Source: a virus. From it: a stretch of DNA of 64,000 bases. Below are positions 38,659 through 49,903 of the stretch, piece after piece. The notes beneath the pieces are model-generated. The model had not been told where the DNA came from and ran no database searches. It was given only the letters and a program-made list of their open reading frames with translations. The stretch spans positions 32,001 through 96,000 of IMG/VR virus record IMGVR_UViG_3300025015_000010. One strand, written 5' to 3'. Positions within the stretch are counted from its first letter, which is position 1; each line of letters starts with the position of its first letter. Position numbers and translations under genes: made by a program.

Positions 38659-40515
38659 ATGCTGATTAAGCTAACAAAATCCTTGTGGATTGATCCGTCC
38701 GCTATAGTAACTGTTACTCAGAAGTACGATTTCACTACACCAGGACAGACGCCAGCAATTAAAAAGCAGTGTTCGGTACTCGCGTCCTGTGGCAATAAGC
38801 AGTTAGAATATCTTGTAGATGAACTTGCTGATACAGTGAGCAATCAGATTAATATTGCCGTGGGGCACGTCTGATGTGTGAACAGTGTGTTGCAAACGCT
38901 CATGGGTGGATAGAAATACTGCCTGGTTGGCAGCTTTGTCGTGCCCACAAGAGCGGTAACGACATGAAAGCCGGTCAGTGGGGACTGCTAACTTGCAATG
39001 ATCCTAGCTTAATTTTGGCTACTGACCCAAGAACAAGTGAGCACCATGACTGTTGTGCCCACGAAATGTTTACTGGACTAGGTGGCGTCCAGATATACTC
39101 AGAAATTTGGTTTTCTATTCTGAAGGCAGCTAAGACTGTTGGCTACAGTGATAACGATGGTTCGTTGGAATCGTGGCTCATGGAACGAATCTGCAAGTTG
39201 GTCAAAGAAAATCTAGGCAAAGTCCCATTTCGTATAAATCGATCAGGCACGTGGATGGGTGGTGTGGCACCTGAGTTGGAAGATGATCTGCTAAAATATG
39301 GTGAAGTGGATGTATATGCTACAACCGAAAGTGAGGAAGAATGCTAACAGTTTCGGCCATAGTAATTTCCTTATATGTTATATTAATGTCTGTGCATGTA
39401 GGATACAGACTAGGTTTTGATCGCGGCCAAAGGAGCGGTATTAGTCAAGCTGAAAGACTGTTAGGCGCACAGAAAGAAGCCTTTGAGTGCTCGCAGTTGG
39501 CTGACAGATGTGAAGCTTCGGCCGAGCACTTAGTCAGTCCGATGTATGAGGTTCTATATACCCAAGAGACATTTGAGAAGTTACGGCAAGCTGGGCCAAA
39601 AGCACCCGATAAGGTTTATCCAGAAGATGACGATCTTTGAATTTAATTATGATACTGTTAATAGCTGGTCTTGCTCTGTATATAGCTTTAGCGAGGGACT
39701 AATTTGAGACCTGAAGAAACCGTCGAGAATCACCGTCGCACAATAGCCAATTTAGCCAAGAATAGCCTGTCCGAGCACGTGATCACCCAGAGGTCTGAGT
39801 CAGATTTAGTCAAAGCCTATATTTGTCGAGGACCTAAAAATTCGTTTCACTGGTTTGGAGTTATCTTCGCGCCAAGGTTGGTAGTAGTCTATGGTGATAT
39901 AGGGGATTTAACTCTGAACGTGAGCCAGCAAGACACTCGTGCGTGGGCTTTGGTATCCGATGAACTAGACTATGTGCTTGGTAAGGCTGTTCGCCCAGAG
40001 TTAGACTTCTTCTTAGAAGAAGCTAAGCGAGCTATCGAGGACATTCGTAAAGACGAGCCGGGCTTAGCTGAAGGACTAGATGATGCCATGTCTATGTTGC
40101 AGTACGATATGGATGATCGATCTTGGCACGAGTTATTCTATGAGTTTGCTAATACAAGCGAAGCGCCAGACTGTACCGACTTTTCGAGCGAAATGCTGTG
40201 GTGTTTCCACGCTCTGAGGAAGTTTGCCGAGTTGTTTAACAGGGATTTGCCGACAGCAGTACAGGAAAGGTTAATATGAGCATAGAGACCGATTTTGTAA
40301 AAGGCTGGACTCAGCATGTCGATAGGCTGGAATTAGCGAATCAAATTCGCGCTAGCCTACCGGTTGCGGCTATTCTAGCCACACGGCTCGTTGACGAAAA
40401 TCTAGATGAGGTAACCGAGGCCGTTTTAGTTGAATCTGCACTGAGAATTGCTCAGAAGTTAGTTATAGGTGCAGACGATTTGGCAGCTAGAACGGTAGAT
40501 AGCAAAAATAGCTAG
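38659..40515 (+). other. five hypothetical CDS (38659-38874, 38874-39347, 39341-39640, 39704-40279, 40276-40515)
   Basis: ORF track. Confidence 0.7.
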
Positions 40516-40527
40516 AAAGTTTGTAGT

Positions 40528-40947
40528 ATGCAGACGTTTCTACCTTATCCCTCGTTTAGTCTGACCGTAGAAGTGCTGGACTACAGGCGGTTGGGGAAAC
40601 AAAGAGTCGAAGCGGCACAAATATGGCGTGTCTTAATGGGAAGGACAAAGTCATCCGCTTGGAAGAACCATCCTGCCGTGTTAATGTGGCGCGGATACGA
40701 AGACGCGCTTGCTCTGTATGCGAATGTATGCATCGGTGAATGGATTCGCCGTGGATACAAAAATAACATGCTATTGATGAGTCACGACCAACACCTGAGA
40801 ATGCCGAGATGGCTAGGCGATGCTGGATTCCACGCTTCGCACCGAAGCAATCTGCTCCGCAAGGATCACTCCTACTATAGTCAGTTTAAGTGGCCCGAGC
40901 CAATTGATTTACCCTACGTTTGGCCAGAAAGTGAGACAGCTAAGTGA
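40528..40947 (+). CDS. pyrimidine-dimer DNA glycosylase/DenV-like protein (MSMEG_6728-type)
   Basis: MQTFLP, LD.RRLGKQRVE, HPAVLMWRG, SHRSNLLRKD and PYVWP. Confidence 0.85.
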   Translation: MQTFLPYPSFSLTVEVLDYRRLGKQRVEAAQIWRVLMGRTKSSAWKNHPAVLMWRGYEDALALYANVCIGEWIRRGYKNNMLLMSHDQHLRMPRWLGDAGFHASHRSNLLRKDHSYYSQFKWPEPIDLPYVWPESETAK

Positions 40948-41405
40948 AGAACGATACCGGGCCGATTTTATATGAACTAGACAATGCGCTTATGCTGGCT
41001 ACAACGGCACACGCGGGCCAAATCGATAAGAACGGTGTGCCGTTTGTTTGGCATCCTATTAGGGTCGCGTTAAAGTTGTCAGAGCCAGACCGTGTAGTTG
41101 CGCTACTACATGACGCAGTAGAAGATTCCACAATGGATTTTCAGGATCTATTGAATCTAGGTATTTCATTTGAAGCCGTCGAAGTAATTAAAGTTTTGAC
41201 CCACGAGGACAGTATAAGTTATGACGATTACGTTGAGCGCGTGGCTAATAATCCACAGGCCGTTCGAGTGAAAGTGGCTGATCTGTTAGATAATTTGTCT
41301 GAGAGTAGGCGATATAAAGGGGATGAGCAGACTCGTGAGAAGCACAAGAAGGCTTTGTTAAGGCTGACTGGATGCACGTGGGAAGATTATGTTCAAGGCC
41401 ACTAG
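40944..41405 (+). CDS. HD-domain small alarmone hydrolase-like protein
   Basis: AHAGQ.DK.G.P...HP, ALLHDAVED and VKVADLLDN. Confidence 0.85.
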   Translation: MKNDTGPILYELDNALMLATTAHAGQIDKNGVPFVWHPIRVALKLSEPDRVVALLHDAVEDSTMDFQDLLNLGISFEAVEVIKVLTHEDSISYDDYVERVANNPQAVRVKVADLLDNLSESRRYKGDEQTREKHKKALLRLTGCTWEDYVQGH

Positions 41406-41727
41406 CGGTGTAGCAGGCACATTCGAGATTTCAGATGTTCCAGTGTCCCTGGTGTTCGAGCCAGAAGATGTAGGCGCGAGTTACCACAATCAAGGCGGGT
41501 GTACTGTTTATTTGCATTATGCGTCGAGTAATTGTTTGACATCGGGCTACCCCGTTAGTCCAGGTGCATTTATTGATCGAAGTTGGACTGGAAGGATTGT
41601 GATTAGTAGCCCAGATGGCGCTGTGGCTTTTTTCCCAGGCCCATTTCCAGCTACGATGCATGCTGTTTGTGGCAAAGGACTCAAAACATCACTGACTTAT
41701 ATCAAGATGAGCAGAAAAAGTAGTTGA
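41389..41727 (+). CDS. hypothetical protein
   Basis: ORF track. Confidence 0.6.
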   Translation: MFKATSGVAGTFEISDVPVSLVFEPEDVGASYHNQGGCTVYLHYASSNCLTSGYPVSPGAFIDRSWTGRIVISSPDGAVAFFPGPFPATMHAVCGKGLKTSLTYIKMSRKSS

Positions 41728-41751
41728 CATTCAGGTCAGACATGCTATAAT
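41724..41751 (+). promoter_or_regulatory. strong promoter, leaderless
   Basis: TTGACA-16-(TGC)TATAAT. Confidence 0.8.
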
Positions 41752-41757
41752 TTTGGC

Positions 41758-42414
41758 ATCAAATACCCGCGTACACCATATCTAACCTGTTCACCTACAA
41801 TCGACGAATCCGACCGACTTACGGTCGATCTCGCTTGCCTCTGTAACAAGCCTTTGGTCGCAACGATCAAGCTTGACGGCTCCAATGTGCAGCTGACTTG
41901 GAATCATGTCGCCGCCCGTAACGGGGCCACAGCCAACCATCCTAGTTTCAATATGTTAAAGCAGATCCATGCCCAAATCAGGAATCAGATTCCTGAGAAT
42001 GTAACGGTCTATGCTGAGTGGTGTTATGCTAAGCACAGCATTCACTACACAGGTGAATTGGCACTTAGGTCGTTGCTTCGTTTGTTTGGTGTTCATGATG
42101 ATAGTCAAAAATTCTGGTATAGTTGGCAGGACGTAGAAGCCCTGTCTTTGAGCCTCGGATTAGATACTGTTCCCGTTATTGGGAAATTTTCTTTCAATTT
42201 TCCCGCCGAAGTGGTCGCAGAAAGTGGTAGACTACAGTATGGAATTATGTCTAAAGGACATGAGGGATTCGTGTTCAGATCCGCAGGCATGATTCCAGAC
42301 AGCGATTTTTCTACCAATATAGGTAAGTGGGTGCGTCCAAATCATGTCCAGACAGATGACCATTGGTCAAAAAGTTCAATTGTTAAGAACGAAGTCTCAC
42401 CGACAGGTATCTAG
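41758..42414 (+). CDS. ATP-dependent RNA ligase-family nucleotidyltransferase; begins at ATC
   Basis: KYPRTPYL, KLDGSN, YAEW, HSIHY, EGFV and KWVR..HVQT. Confidence 0.85.
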   Translation: MKYPRTPYLTCSPTIDESDRLTVDLACLCNKPLVATIKLDGSNVQLTWNHVAARNGATANHPSFNMLKQIHAQIRNQIPENVTVYAEWCYAKHSIHYTGELALRSLLRLFGVHDDSQKFWYSWQDVEALSLSLGLDTVPVIGKFSFNFPAEVVAESGRLQYGIMSKGHEGFVFRSAGMIPDSDFSTNIGKWVRPNHVQTDDHWSKSSIVKNEVSPTGI

Positions 42415-43246
42415 GCTGTCAGGTTTATTGGACGTTGTACCCACCGACTTAGATATAAGATTGGGCAATGATTCAGCAGCCAAGGTCGAAAAAGATCTTG
42501 GTGGGTTACTTAATGATCCTAAAATCACCGCCTATGTCTCCGCAGTAGGTAAAAAAGTAGCAGCTAATTCGAAGCTGCCTAATCTTCCTTATTCATTTCA
42601 TGTCATTAATAATAAAGTCATCAATGCCTTTGCATTGCCAGGCGGTCGTGTTTACGTGACCAAAGGGCTATTGGATACTTTGTCTACCGAAGCGCAGCTA
42701 GCCGCTGTCCTGGGGCATGAAATAAGCCATGCAGCAGCCCGTCATGGTATTCAGCAAACTGCGGCTACTCTCGGGCTTAATACTGTGTCACTGGCCTTAG
42801 CTGGCAATAACGCAGCTAAGCAGGCTATGACAGGCGTAGTTAGTAGCCTAGTTACAGCACAGTACAGTCAGAGTCAAGAAAGCGAAGCCGATATCTTAGG
42901 TTTAGATGCCGCTGTAAAATCAGGCTACAACCCGTTTGGTGCAGTCGAGGTTATGCAAATACTGCAAGCTAAAGGTGGTAATCAGAACGTCGATTGGTTT
43001 GCCTCACATCCGCTGACGTCTACTAGGGTAGCCGAGTTGAAAGGAACAATCCTAGGCAGCGGCTATACCAACACAGGCGAAGTCGGCGCAGAACGTTATC
43101 AGGTAATTATGAGTAGAACCGTTGCGGATAAGCCAAGTATTTTTGGATTACCTAGCTGGGTGATGCCGGTGGTGATTGCCATACCATGGACAGTAGTGGT
43201 TGCTGTAGGACTAGCCATGTTTAAAAGGAAGAAGGTGAAAGCGTGA
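42344..43246 (+). CDS. M48 Zn metallopeptidase with C-terminal TM; start uncertain
   Basis: NAFALPGG, HEISH, ESEAD and SHP...R. Confidence 0.9.
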   Translation: MSRQMTIGQKVQLLRTKSHRQVSRLSGLLDVVPTDLDIRLGNDSAAKVEKDLGGLLNDPKITAYVSAVGKKVAANSKLPNLPYSFHVINNKVINAFALPGGRVYVTKGLLDTLSTEAQLAAVLGHEISHAAARHGIQQTAATLGLNTVSLALAGNNAAKQAMTGVVSSLVTAQYSQSQESEADILGLDAAVKSGYNPFGAVEVMQILQAKGGNQNVDWFASHPLTSTRVAELKGTILGSGYTNTGEVGAERYQVIMSRTVADKPSIFGLPSWVMPVVIAIPWTVVVAVGLAMFKRKKVKA

Positions 43247-43887
43247 AAACCAATATCGATCTTCTCAGGTTCATGCCTAGGCATGTGCAAACCAGGGATC
43301 AGTATAATGATTCGTGGGTTGTGCAACACATGCAGGCTATCAAATCACCTAAAACACTGCAAGAGCAAGCCTTGGTAAGTTTGCTGTCAGGGCTGCTACT
43401 GTATGCCGACTACCTGGAGTCAGTAGGCTATATTGCAGCCGAAGACGACGCACTAGGTTCTGTGTGGCTCGATATGGCTGACAGGATAAAAGCGTTGCTA
43501 GATGGTGACGTGGGTCGCCTTGATACAGGTGTGCTGCTAGTTATATTGGATCGAGTTAGAGCCAGACAAGGATTTGAGGCTGAATAATGAAAACATCTAG
43601 TTCGGAGGGCAGCAGACGTGTTGACTCTACTGGCCTTCTTTTTTACTGGCTTGATCCAGGATTTTCTTGTAACGCTTAATTGGCGTTATGTTGCTAAGCA
43701 AAAGATCGCGCCAGCAGCATTAATGTCCTGTCTGACAACTTTCGTAGGTATGACTGTATTTTATAACATTATTCATGACAATTGCGGTCTTGTGGTGATT
43801 CTAGTTTATGCTTTGGGCGTTGCTGCTGGGACCGTGATAGCAATGAAGTGCAGGTGGGGATTCAATGACAAAAGCAAGCTTAGATAA
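43243..43887 (+). other. hypothetical CDS (43243-43587) and small membrane protein (43618-43887)
   Basis: ORF track; hydrophobic segments. Confidence 0.65.
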
Positions 43888-44257
43888 ATTGTTTAAATTG
43901 GCTAACAAGCGATATCCCCATGCAGGCAGCACGGTAAGTGGATTACTAGTTCGTGGGCAGGCCGACAATCAGGAGTCCATCGAAGCTAGTCTGACTGACT
44001 ATAAAATTCTGCCGGGAGTACGTGAAGTTCCAACGGGTGACTTTGACGCCGATCCTAGGCACATGTACTATGATGTCTACGACCTAAAACGATGTGAAGA
44101 ACTGGCGTTGGAAATTAGCATTAAAGGTTGGATTTCGCCTTTGATTGTTGTTATAGACGAGCACGGTCCTTATGTACTGGAAGGCGGTCACAGACTTGGT
44201 GCAATGTATTTATCTGGCACAAAATCATTTCCTGCTTTAGTAGTTGTGGGTGAGTAG
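43865..44257 (+). CDS. ParB/Srx-like N-domain protein
   Basis: ISPLIV...VLEGGHRL.A. Confidence 0.7.
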   Translation: MTKASLDKLFKLANKRYPHAGSTVSGLLVRGQADNQESIEASLTDYKILPGVREVPTGDFDADPRHMYYDVYDLKRCEELALEISIKGWISPLIVVIDEHGPYVLEGGHRLGAMYLSGTKSFPALVVVGE

Positions 44258-44631
44258 AATGCCACCATACGTTGATAAGTCAATCTATTTTGATTCTGCA
44301 CTGGATAGATTTAGCGAGAATTACCCTGTGTCCGGTTTGATATCAGATTCGTTTCAGATCAATAAAAATTTTATCGCTTTTGTGAATATATACGAGCCAT
44401 TTTCTAGTGGTGCTAAAATTTTTGTAGTGCCAATAAGCGACGCGGATAACTTGCCAACTCGTAGTAAAGATTTAACTGTTAGATGCATAGCAAAATATGC
44501 AATTGGTGGCGTTATTTTGGCGGACTGTACAGTGATATCTATTTTTGCAGACAAATTATGGCAGTCTTTGATGAGATATGGTCAAGTAGTCGATGCCTAT
44601 GATCGGTATTTACTTTTATGCAAGGAGTAAT

Positions 44632-45429
44632 ATGCCAACACGGAAGCAAATAAAGGATTTTGAAAAGACCTTGCTATTTCATGGCACAATCGAACCGTTT
44701 GATACTGCGCTCGAACCGCAGAGTCACGGCGGTTGTTTGTGGGTCGCATTTACGTCTACGATAGCTCAGAGTTATATACCAGCGAGTGGCGGGGCACAGT
44801 GGTTAAATATTGATGCACATAGGCTGGACGAGCTTTTGCGGCCAAGTAAAAATAAATTCTGGGTCGCAGTCTATGACTTGATGAGAATAAAACCTAGATC
44901 AGATACTGAGTATGATGCTTGGGACAGATCTACCTTTTGGGCATGGGAAGGTGATCATGCATACTGGCCTACGTACCGAGATGTTGTAGATTTTTTCGAT
45001 AGCATCGGATATTATGGTAAGCGTGATAAGTATAGCTATATATACGAGATTAGGACAGGCTATGCTGATCATCGGGAGATTGTTTATCCGGCAGATTACA
45101 AAAAACCTGGCAGACTGTTTATTTTTTACGGACAAGAGCATTTAAACATTTTGAACATTTCACGCGGAGAGAGCGATTTAACTGATCTACAGTATCATAA
45201 GTACAATGTGTTTAAACAGGCTAAAGAGCAAGGTTATGACGGTGTGAGAATTGATGACTTTGCTCAGAGTAAGATTCACGGTAATTATGGTCATCAAAGC
45301 ATTTGCTTGAATGGCAATGGGCTAAAAAAATTGACCTATGATGTGATTCCAGCAACCAATTACGACGAGGAAGAATGGGCCGATTTTACACCCGAGTTTG
45401 AGCAGTATGCCAGAAAGGTATTGTGGTAG
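44632..45429 (+). CDS. ADP-ribosyltransferase-like (ART-PolyVal type)
   Basis: LFHGT...F...LWV...AQSY...GYDGV. Confidence 0.65.
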   Translation: MPTRKQIKDFEKTLLFHGTIEPFDTALEPQSHGGCLWVAFTSTIAQSYIPASGGAQWLNIDAHRLDELLRPSKNKFWVAVYDLMRIKPRSDTEYDAWDRSTFWAWEGDHAYWPTYRDVVDFFDSIGYYGKRDKYSYIYEIRTGYADHREIVYPADYKKPGRLFIFYGQEHLNILNISRGESDLTDLQYHKYNVFKQAKEQGYDGVRIDDFAQSKIHGNYGHQSICLNGNGLKKLTYDVIPATNYDEEEWADFTPEFEQYARKVLW

Positions 45430-45430
45430 A

Positions 45431-46576
45431 ATGCTAACTAATCCGCACGATCTAATTCAATATGGCGTCAATTATCTTATGAAGCAGTCAGAGGATAATT
45501 CTGCTTCAGTAAAGTCATATTTGGCTAAATATGCCAAGACTGATGATCTGAGCTACTTGCAATATGCTATTCAAAAGGCAGGTAACTGTGCAGGTAACTT
45601 TGATGCTAGTATGTGGCTTAGTGAGTTATATGCTTTTATCCACGACCCATATTTTATCGAAGCCGTAGAAAGTCTGTATCAGCAAATAGTGAAGTTTATA
45701 CGTTTGCCGCCAGCCGGTCAGGTGCGTAAGCGGTTTGATGAGGTGATGGCTGCATTTGATATCAATGTTCAAGGGTTGCGTTTGCCGAGAACAAAATACT
45801 ACGAAGAATATGGCGATCCCTTTATGCAGTTTATGGAAGAGTATGCCCGCTATTGGACTTTCTCATCAGCGGCTCACACATTGGAACAAATATTAGCTGC
45901 CGCACGGGCAGATGATGATGTGTCATGGAGTCGAGAACTACAGATGTTAGTATTGAATCGTAGCCGAGATTGGGCCGAGCGAATAACAGACAGGGATCTT
46001 GCTAATATTCTGGACAATATCAATTCGGAAATTTCCGGCCGTGATACTTACGGTCTGCGTAATCAGCAAGGATTTCCAGGAGATGCCACTAAGCTAGTCT
46101 GGAGTAATGGCTCGGCATCGTGGCATATATCCAGGACGCTAGGTACACAGTTATTAGACAAACATGTGTACAACCGCACCAGAGACATTCGACTCGATGC
46201 CAATGAGATCATTGTACCTTATCCGCCAGAAATAGTGGAAATGATACAGTCCTCTTTGTACCCGCTTCCGCTGTATGCATATAGTTTAGAGGGTAAAGGT
46301 CGAGCTAGAGCCAAGCATGCAGGCGAGCCGTTAGTTTCGGACAAGGAAGTCAAGATGATGATCAAATCGACATACAAACAGGCATATGGTGAGGATAAAC
46401 CGTTGCTTGATTATATGATTGACGGCGATTGGGCCAAATTTATGCAGTTCAAATCAGAGTCGTTTGATGAGACAGAACTTGTGGCTTATCTGGAAGACCG
46501 TGTTCGGTACGATGTGATCTATCCAGAATCGTTTAAGGCAAGAATCATTAATTGGTTTTTGAACAGGCAGATGTAA
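45431..46576 (+). CDS. hypothetical protein
   Basis: Long ORF. Confidence 0.75.
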   Translation: MLTNPHDLIQYGVNYLMKQSEDNSASVKSYLAKYAKTDDLSYLQYAIQKAGNCAGNFDASMWLSELYAFIHDPYFIEAVESLYQQIVKFIRLPPAGQVRKRFDEVMAAFDINVQGLRLPRTKYYEEYGDPFMQFMEEYARYWTFSSAAHTLEQILAAARADDDVSWSRELQMLVLNRSRDWAERITDRDLANILDNINSEISGRDTYGLRNQQGFPGDATKLVWSNGSASWHISRTLGTQLLDKHVYNRTRDIRLDANEIIVPYPPEIVEMIQSSLYPLPLYAYSLEGKGRARAKHAGEPLVSDKEVKMMIKSTYKQAYGEDKPLLDYMIDGDWAKFMQFKSESFDETELVAYLEDRVRYDVIYPESFKARIINWFLNRQM

Positions 46577-47103
46577 TGCAAAGTAGTTACGGAATAGACA
46601 CTGTGCATGATTGCAAGGATCGTGCAAAGATGACTGGCGCGAGTAATCCGAAGCTGATTAATGAGGGTGGCACCGCTCTTATTTTTTCATCGGACGACTT
46701 GGTTTATAAAGTGTATATGCATGGATTCCTGGAAAATACCTGTTCGGATTTTCTTTGTTTTACTCAGTTGTGGGATCATTATCCAAAATTTAGAAAGCAT
46801 CTTCCGAAAATCTATGCTGTAGATGCTAGGTATAGCGTGATAATTAAGGAATATGTACCTGGAGGTAATTGGCTAGAAGTTAACAATACAGGTAAAATGG
46901 CTATTAAGTACGATACTGTGATAGATGCTATTAAGTCTAAAAGCGCATCACTGGGATGGAGAGTTTTTGACCTGTCAGACCTGAATGTTATTTGGACAGG
47001 CAAAGACTGGGTTGTTATCGATTTTTATGCAGTGCCAGTAACAGAGGAAACTGAGAAGACGGTCATGGATTGTATGCTTAGTGTGAGAAACAATGCCTCC
47101 TAA
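46576..47103 (+). CDS. minimal protein-kinase-like protein (paralog of 48652)
   Basis: NEGGTALIF, VYKV, KEYVPG, DLSDLNV and VIDF. Confidence 0.75.
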   Translation: MQSSYGIDTVHDCKDRAKMTGASNPKLINEGGTALIFSSDDLVYKVYMHGFLENTCSDFLCFTQLWDHYPKFRKHLPKIYAVDARYSVIIKEYVPGGNWLEVNNTGKMAIKYDTVIDAIKSKSASLGWRVFDLSDLNVIWTGKDWVVIDFYAVPVTEETEKTVMDCMLSVRNNAS

Positions 47104-47608
47104 AGTCAAGTCCGTATACGAAGTATGTCCAGGTTTTGATGTCGAAATGGAAGACATGCTAGCTGATATAGTATCATTTCGTCGCCACAAGCCAGTAAAG
47201 ATTTTGCCTATACAAAAAGGCATAATTGCTGTGGTGATAAAAGATTTCTACCAGTATGGATTTGACTATTCAGTCTGGATTATGACCAAAGAAAATTATA
47301 GCAAGGTAAAAGGTTATTGCAAACTTAGCTATCTTCCTGCTATGGGAATAGTGCAGTTAGATCGTAATAATCGGCGCGTAGCAGACGAGCCCGCATTAGA
47401 CATAGTGAATTCTTACATGTTCCCATTTTATCGCGGACAGGGGATTATGAGAAACGCATACTTAGCTATTATACACTATTTTGGCAGTGTACGAAGCTAT
47501 GCGACACTGTCTAAAGATGCGTGGAATTTGTGGCAGTCATTGATGGATGAGCGGAGCATTAGCGTAGAAGACGATGGCCATCGCTGGCGAGCAGTGAGTC
47601 TAAAATGA
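47093..47608 (+). CDS. GNAT-like acetyltransferase
   Basis: YRGQGIM...Y...LS.DA..LW..L. Confidence 0.7.
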   Translation: MPPKVKSVYEVCPGFDVEMEDMLADIVSFRRHKPVKILPIQKGIIAVVIKDFYQYGFDYSVWIMTKENYSKVKGYCKLSYLPAMGIVQLDRNNRRVADEPALDIVNSYMFPFYRGQGIMRNAYLAIIHYFGSVRSYATLSKDAWNLWQSLMDERSISVEDDGHRWRAVSLK

Positions 47609-48225
47609 TCCCAGTTGTTCATTTCTCAAAATCGGCTGGTATATCTGAGGTTAGATCCGGAACTTTTTTCGCGGAGAATCCAGACTCAGTGCCTGTATTA
47701 AGGGCTGGTTTAGGCTCTTATGGTAAAGGTTACGTGTACGAAGCCGAGATAGACCCAATAAGTGCCATGGATCTTCTGGATTGGGAGCTATCTGGTAAGT
47801 TAGTTTGGGGGTCAAAAATATTAAGAGCAGAAATTATTCGCATTATTAACAGCGCTAGGCATAAAGATCACAAGCGCCCCGTAACAGAGATACAAAAGCA
47901 GAAACAGTATTTGCTAGATTCGTATACGGTAATAGATGCCTTTCGAGTTGTGTGGCATTCACTGGATATGGGCACAGATGATGATATAGTGTCTGGTGTG
48001 TGGGATATGTGTTTTGATTATTCGGGAGCAATTAAGGAAATAGTCAAGGTAGCAAAGAAGTATCAAATAGCGTCTTTATGCTACGATACTCAAAAGGATA
48101 AAGCCGAGCGAGTATGGATCGCAATCGATCCGACAGTAGTAAGCAATCTGAGACTAGCAAAGAAGTACGCTGAGTACACAGAAGCAGAACTAGACGAATT
48201 GGGCACAGGAAGGCATCCTGGTTAA
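47605..48225 (+). CDS. possible ART-like protein
   Basis: VVHFS...GTFFA...YG..YVYEAEI...WIAIDP. Confidence 0.5.
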   Translation: MIPVVHFSKSAGISEVRSGTFFAENPDSVPVLRAGLGSYGKGYVYEAEIDPISAMDLLDWELSGKLVWGSKILRAEIIRIINSARHKDHKRPVTEIQKQKQYLLDSYTVIDAFRVVWHSLDMGTDDDIVSGVWDMCFDYSGAIKEIVKVAKKYQIASLCYDTQKDKAERVWIAIDPTVVSNLRLAKKYAEYTEAELDELGTGRHPG

Positions 48226-48247
48226 TTCCAGAGAAAGTAGGTAAGCC

Positions 48248-48652
48248 ATGGACACACGAGAACAGAATAATATTATCAAGCAGATGCGCGGCGAGCAGTG
48301 GAGACAGCAGGACGTTGGTGTATTTGATGAAGATGTAAGAACATTGATTTGGTATGGTCCAGGCGGTGTTGAAGGTGATTGTGCGTCTGAGTTGGAAGAC
48401 GAGGGTGGCTTTTGGCAGTTTAGTAGCTATCAACGTGTTGATGGTTATTTTGACGAGTACGATAAAGATTTTCCGTTCCTTAAAACCACTGTAAGTTTTG
48501 ATACTGTAAGTTTAAAAGATGCTTTAAAATTATTATGTATAAGTACAAAATTAGACAGACTTGGTCTGGCTCTATATGCGGCTGACTATGGCCAGGCAGC
48601 ACTGGCCTATTATGGCAGCAGAGAAGAGATGGTAGAGGATCTACCAAGATAA
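48248..48652 (+). CDS. hypothetical protein
   Basis: ORF track. Confidence 0.65.
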   Translation: MDTREQNNIIKQMRGEQWRQQDVGVFDEDVRTLIWYGPGGVEGDCASELEDEGGFWQFSSYQRVDGYFDEYDKDFPFLKTTVSFDTVSLKDALKLLCISTKLDRLGLALYAADYGQAALAYYGSREEMVEDLPR

Positions 48653-49164
48653 TGTCACACAGAGAATATGCTGCTAAGAAGAGGGCCAGGTTGGCAGGTG
48701 CAATTAAGCCTATATATGTAGATGAGGGCACACGATCAACTGTGTTCGAATCTAAAGGTTTTGCATATAAAGTCTACAACAAGTATAGCTATTACATGGC
48801 TTGCGCCGAGTTTTTGTGCCTGGGGCAACTCTGGGATCAGTTCCCAGAAGTCAGAAAGCACATACCTCGCATAGAGTTTCTGGATCGTGATAACGTTGTA
48901 CTAGTAAAAGAATTCATTAACGGGACTGTACTTAACGGTATGGATTATAGAATCGACGACGATCCTGGCCAACAAGCTAGGGAGCAAATTAAAGACGCAG
49001 CCAGTCAGCTAGGTTGGTTGGTAATTGATATGGAATATTATAGGAATGTTGTATTTGATGGCGAAAATTGGGTCATTATCGATATGTCACCGATTCCAGA
49101 CAGCGATAGTACACGGCAGCAGTTGAGCGAGTGTACCGCGCAGTTAGCTTTGCCAGAGGATTAG
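48652..49164 (+). CDS. minimal protein-kinase-like protein
   Basis: DEGTRSTVF, AYKV, KEFING, DMEYYRNV and IIDM. Confidence 0.75.
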   Translation: MSHREYAAKKRARLAGAIKPIYVDEGTRSTVFESKGFAYKVYNKYSYYMACAEFLCLGQLWDQFPEVRKHIPRIEFLDRDNVVLVKEFINGTVLNGMDYRIDDDPGQQAREQIKDAASQLGWLVIDMEYYRNVVFDGENWVIIDMSPIPDSDSTRQQLSECTAQLALPED

Positions 49165-49165
49165 A

Positions 49166-49903
49166 ATGTCAAAACCATCTTATGCTCTAATCAACATAGC
49201 CCAGAAGTATTGGGAAATGATCGAGGCCTACAGCGATCTACCTTCAGGTCAGTTGCCTACTCGGGAAAACAGCCTGGGATGTGGGTCGTGGGGCTGTGCG
49301 TGGATGTCAGGCGATCCAAGATATGTGATCAAAATCAGCCGTGATCCAACAGAAGGCCCAACAGTAGCCGCGATACAGCATTTTGTAGGCAACCGTCAAG
49401 ATAGTTATCCAGGGTTGGCTATTATCAAGGCAGTTTGGCGGCTACCCGAGAAGATGGTCTACGGGGGTAAATCTCGGGATGTTTATGCTGTAGTGCGAGA
49501 AGCAGTCCAGCCTCTAGACTACCTTGGTTATCGTGGCAGGTCTAATTCAGATGATTATATCATACGTGAGACATCATTAGGCTTAACGCATTTGCGTGAT
49601 TATGTTAATGCAGGCATAGAATATAAGCAAGTGAAGAGAAATAAAGCCTGGTATTTTGATAAAATGAGAGATTCTGCTGTCGAGATGTACAATTACGAGC
49701 CTACCTATTACATAGCCGCAGCCTTAGAAGAACTACTCGATGCGGAAATTACATTGACTGATATACATCAAGGCAACATAGGATATCGTCTGATTGATTG
49801 GGATACAAATGGTAAGTTTGAACTTGCACCAAGCAATAGCCTACTGATCTTTGATTTTGGCCACTCAACTGTGCAGTTTGAAGTTCCTGTTTTGGGCGAG
49901 TGA
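49166..49903 (+). CDS. protein-kinase-like protein
   Basis: LGCGSWGCAW, VIKI, DIHQGNIG and FDFG. Confidence 0.8.
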   Translation: MSKPSYALINIAQKYWEMIEAYSDLPSGQLPTRENSLGCGSWGCAWMSGDPRYVIKISRDPTEGPTVAAIQHFVGNRQDSYPGLAIIKAVWRLPEKMVYGGKSRDVYAVVREAVQPLDYLGYRGRSNSDDYIIRETSLGLTHLRDYVNAGIEYKQVKRNKAWYFDKMRDSAVEMYNYEPTYYIAAALEELLDAEITLTDIHQGNIGYRLIDWDTNGKFELAPSNSLLIFDFGHSTVQFEVPVLGE

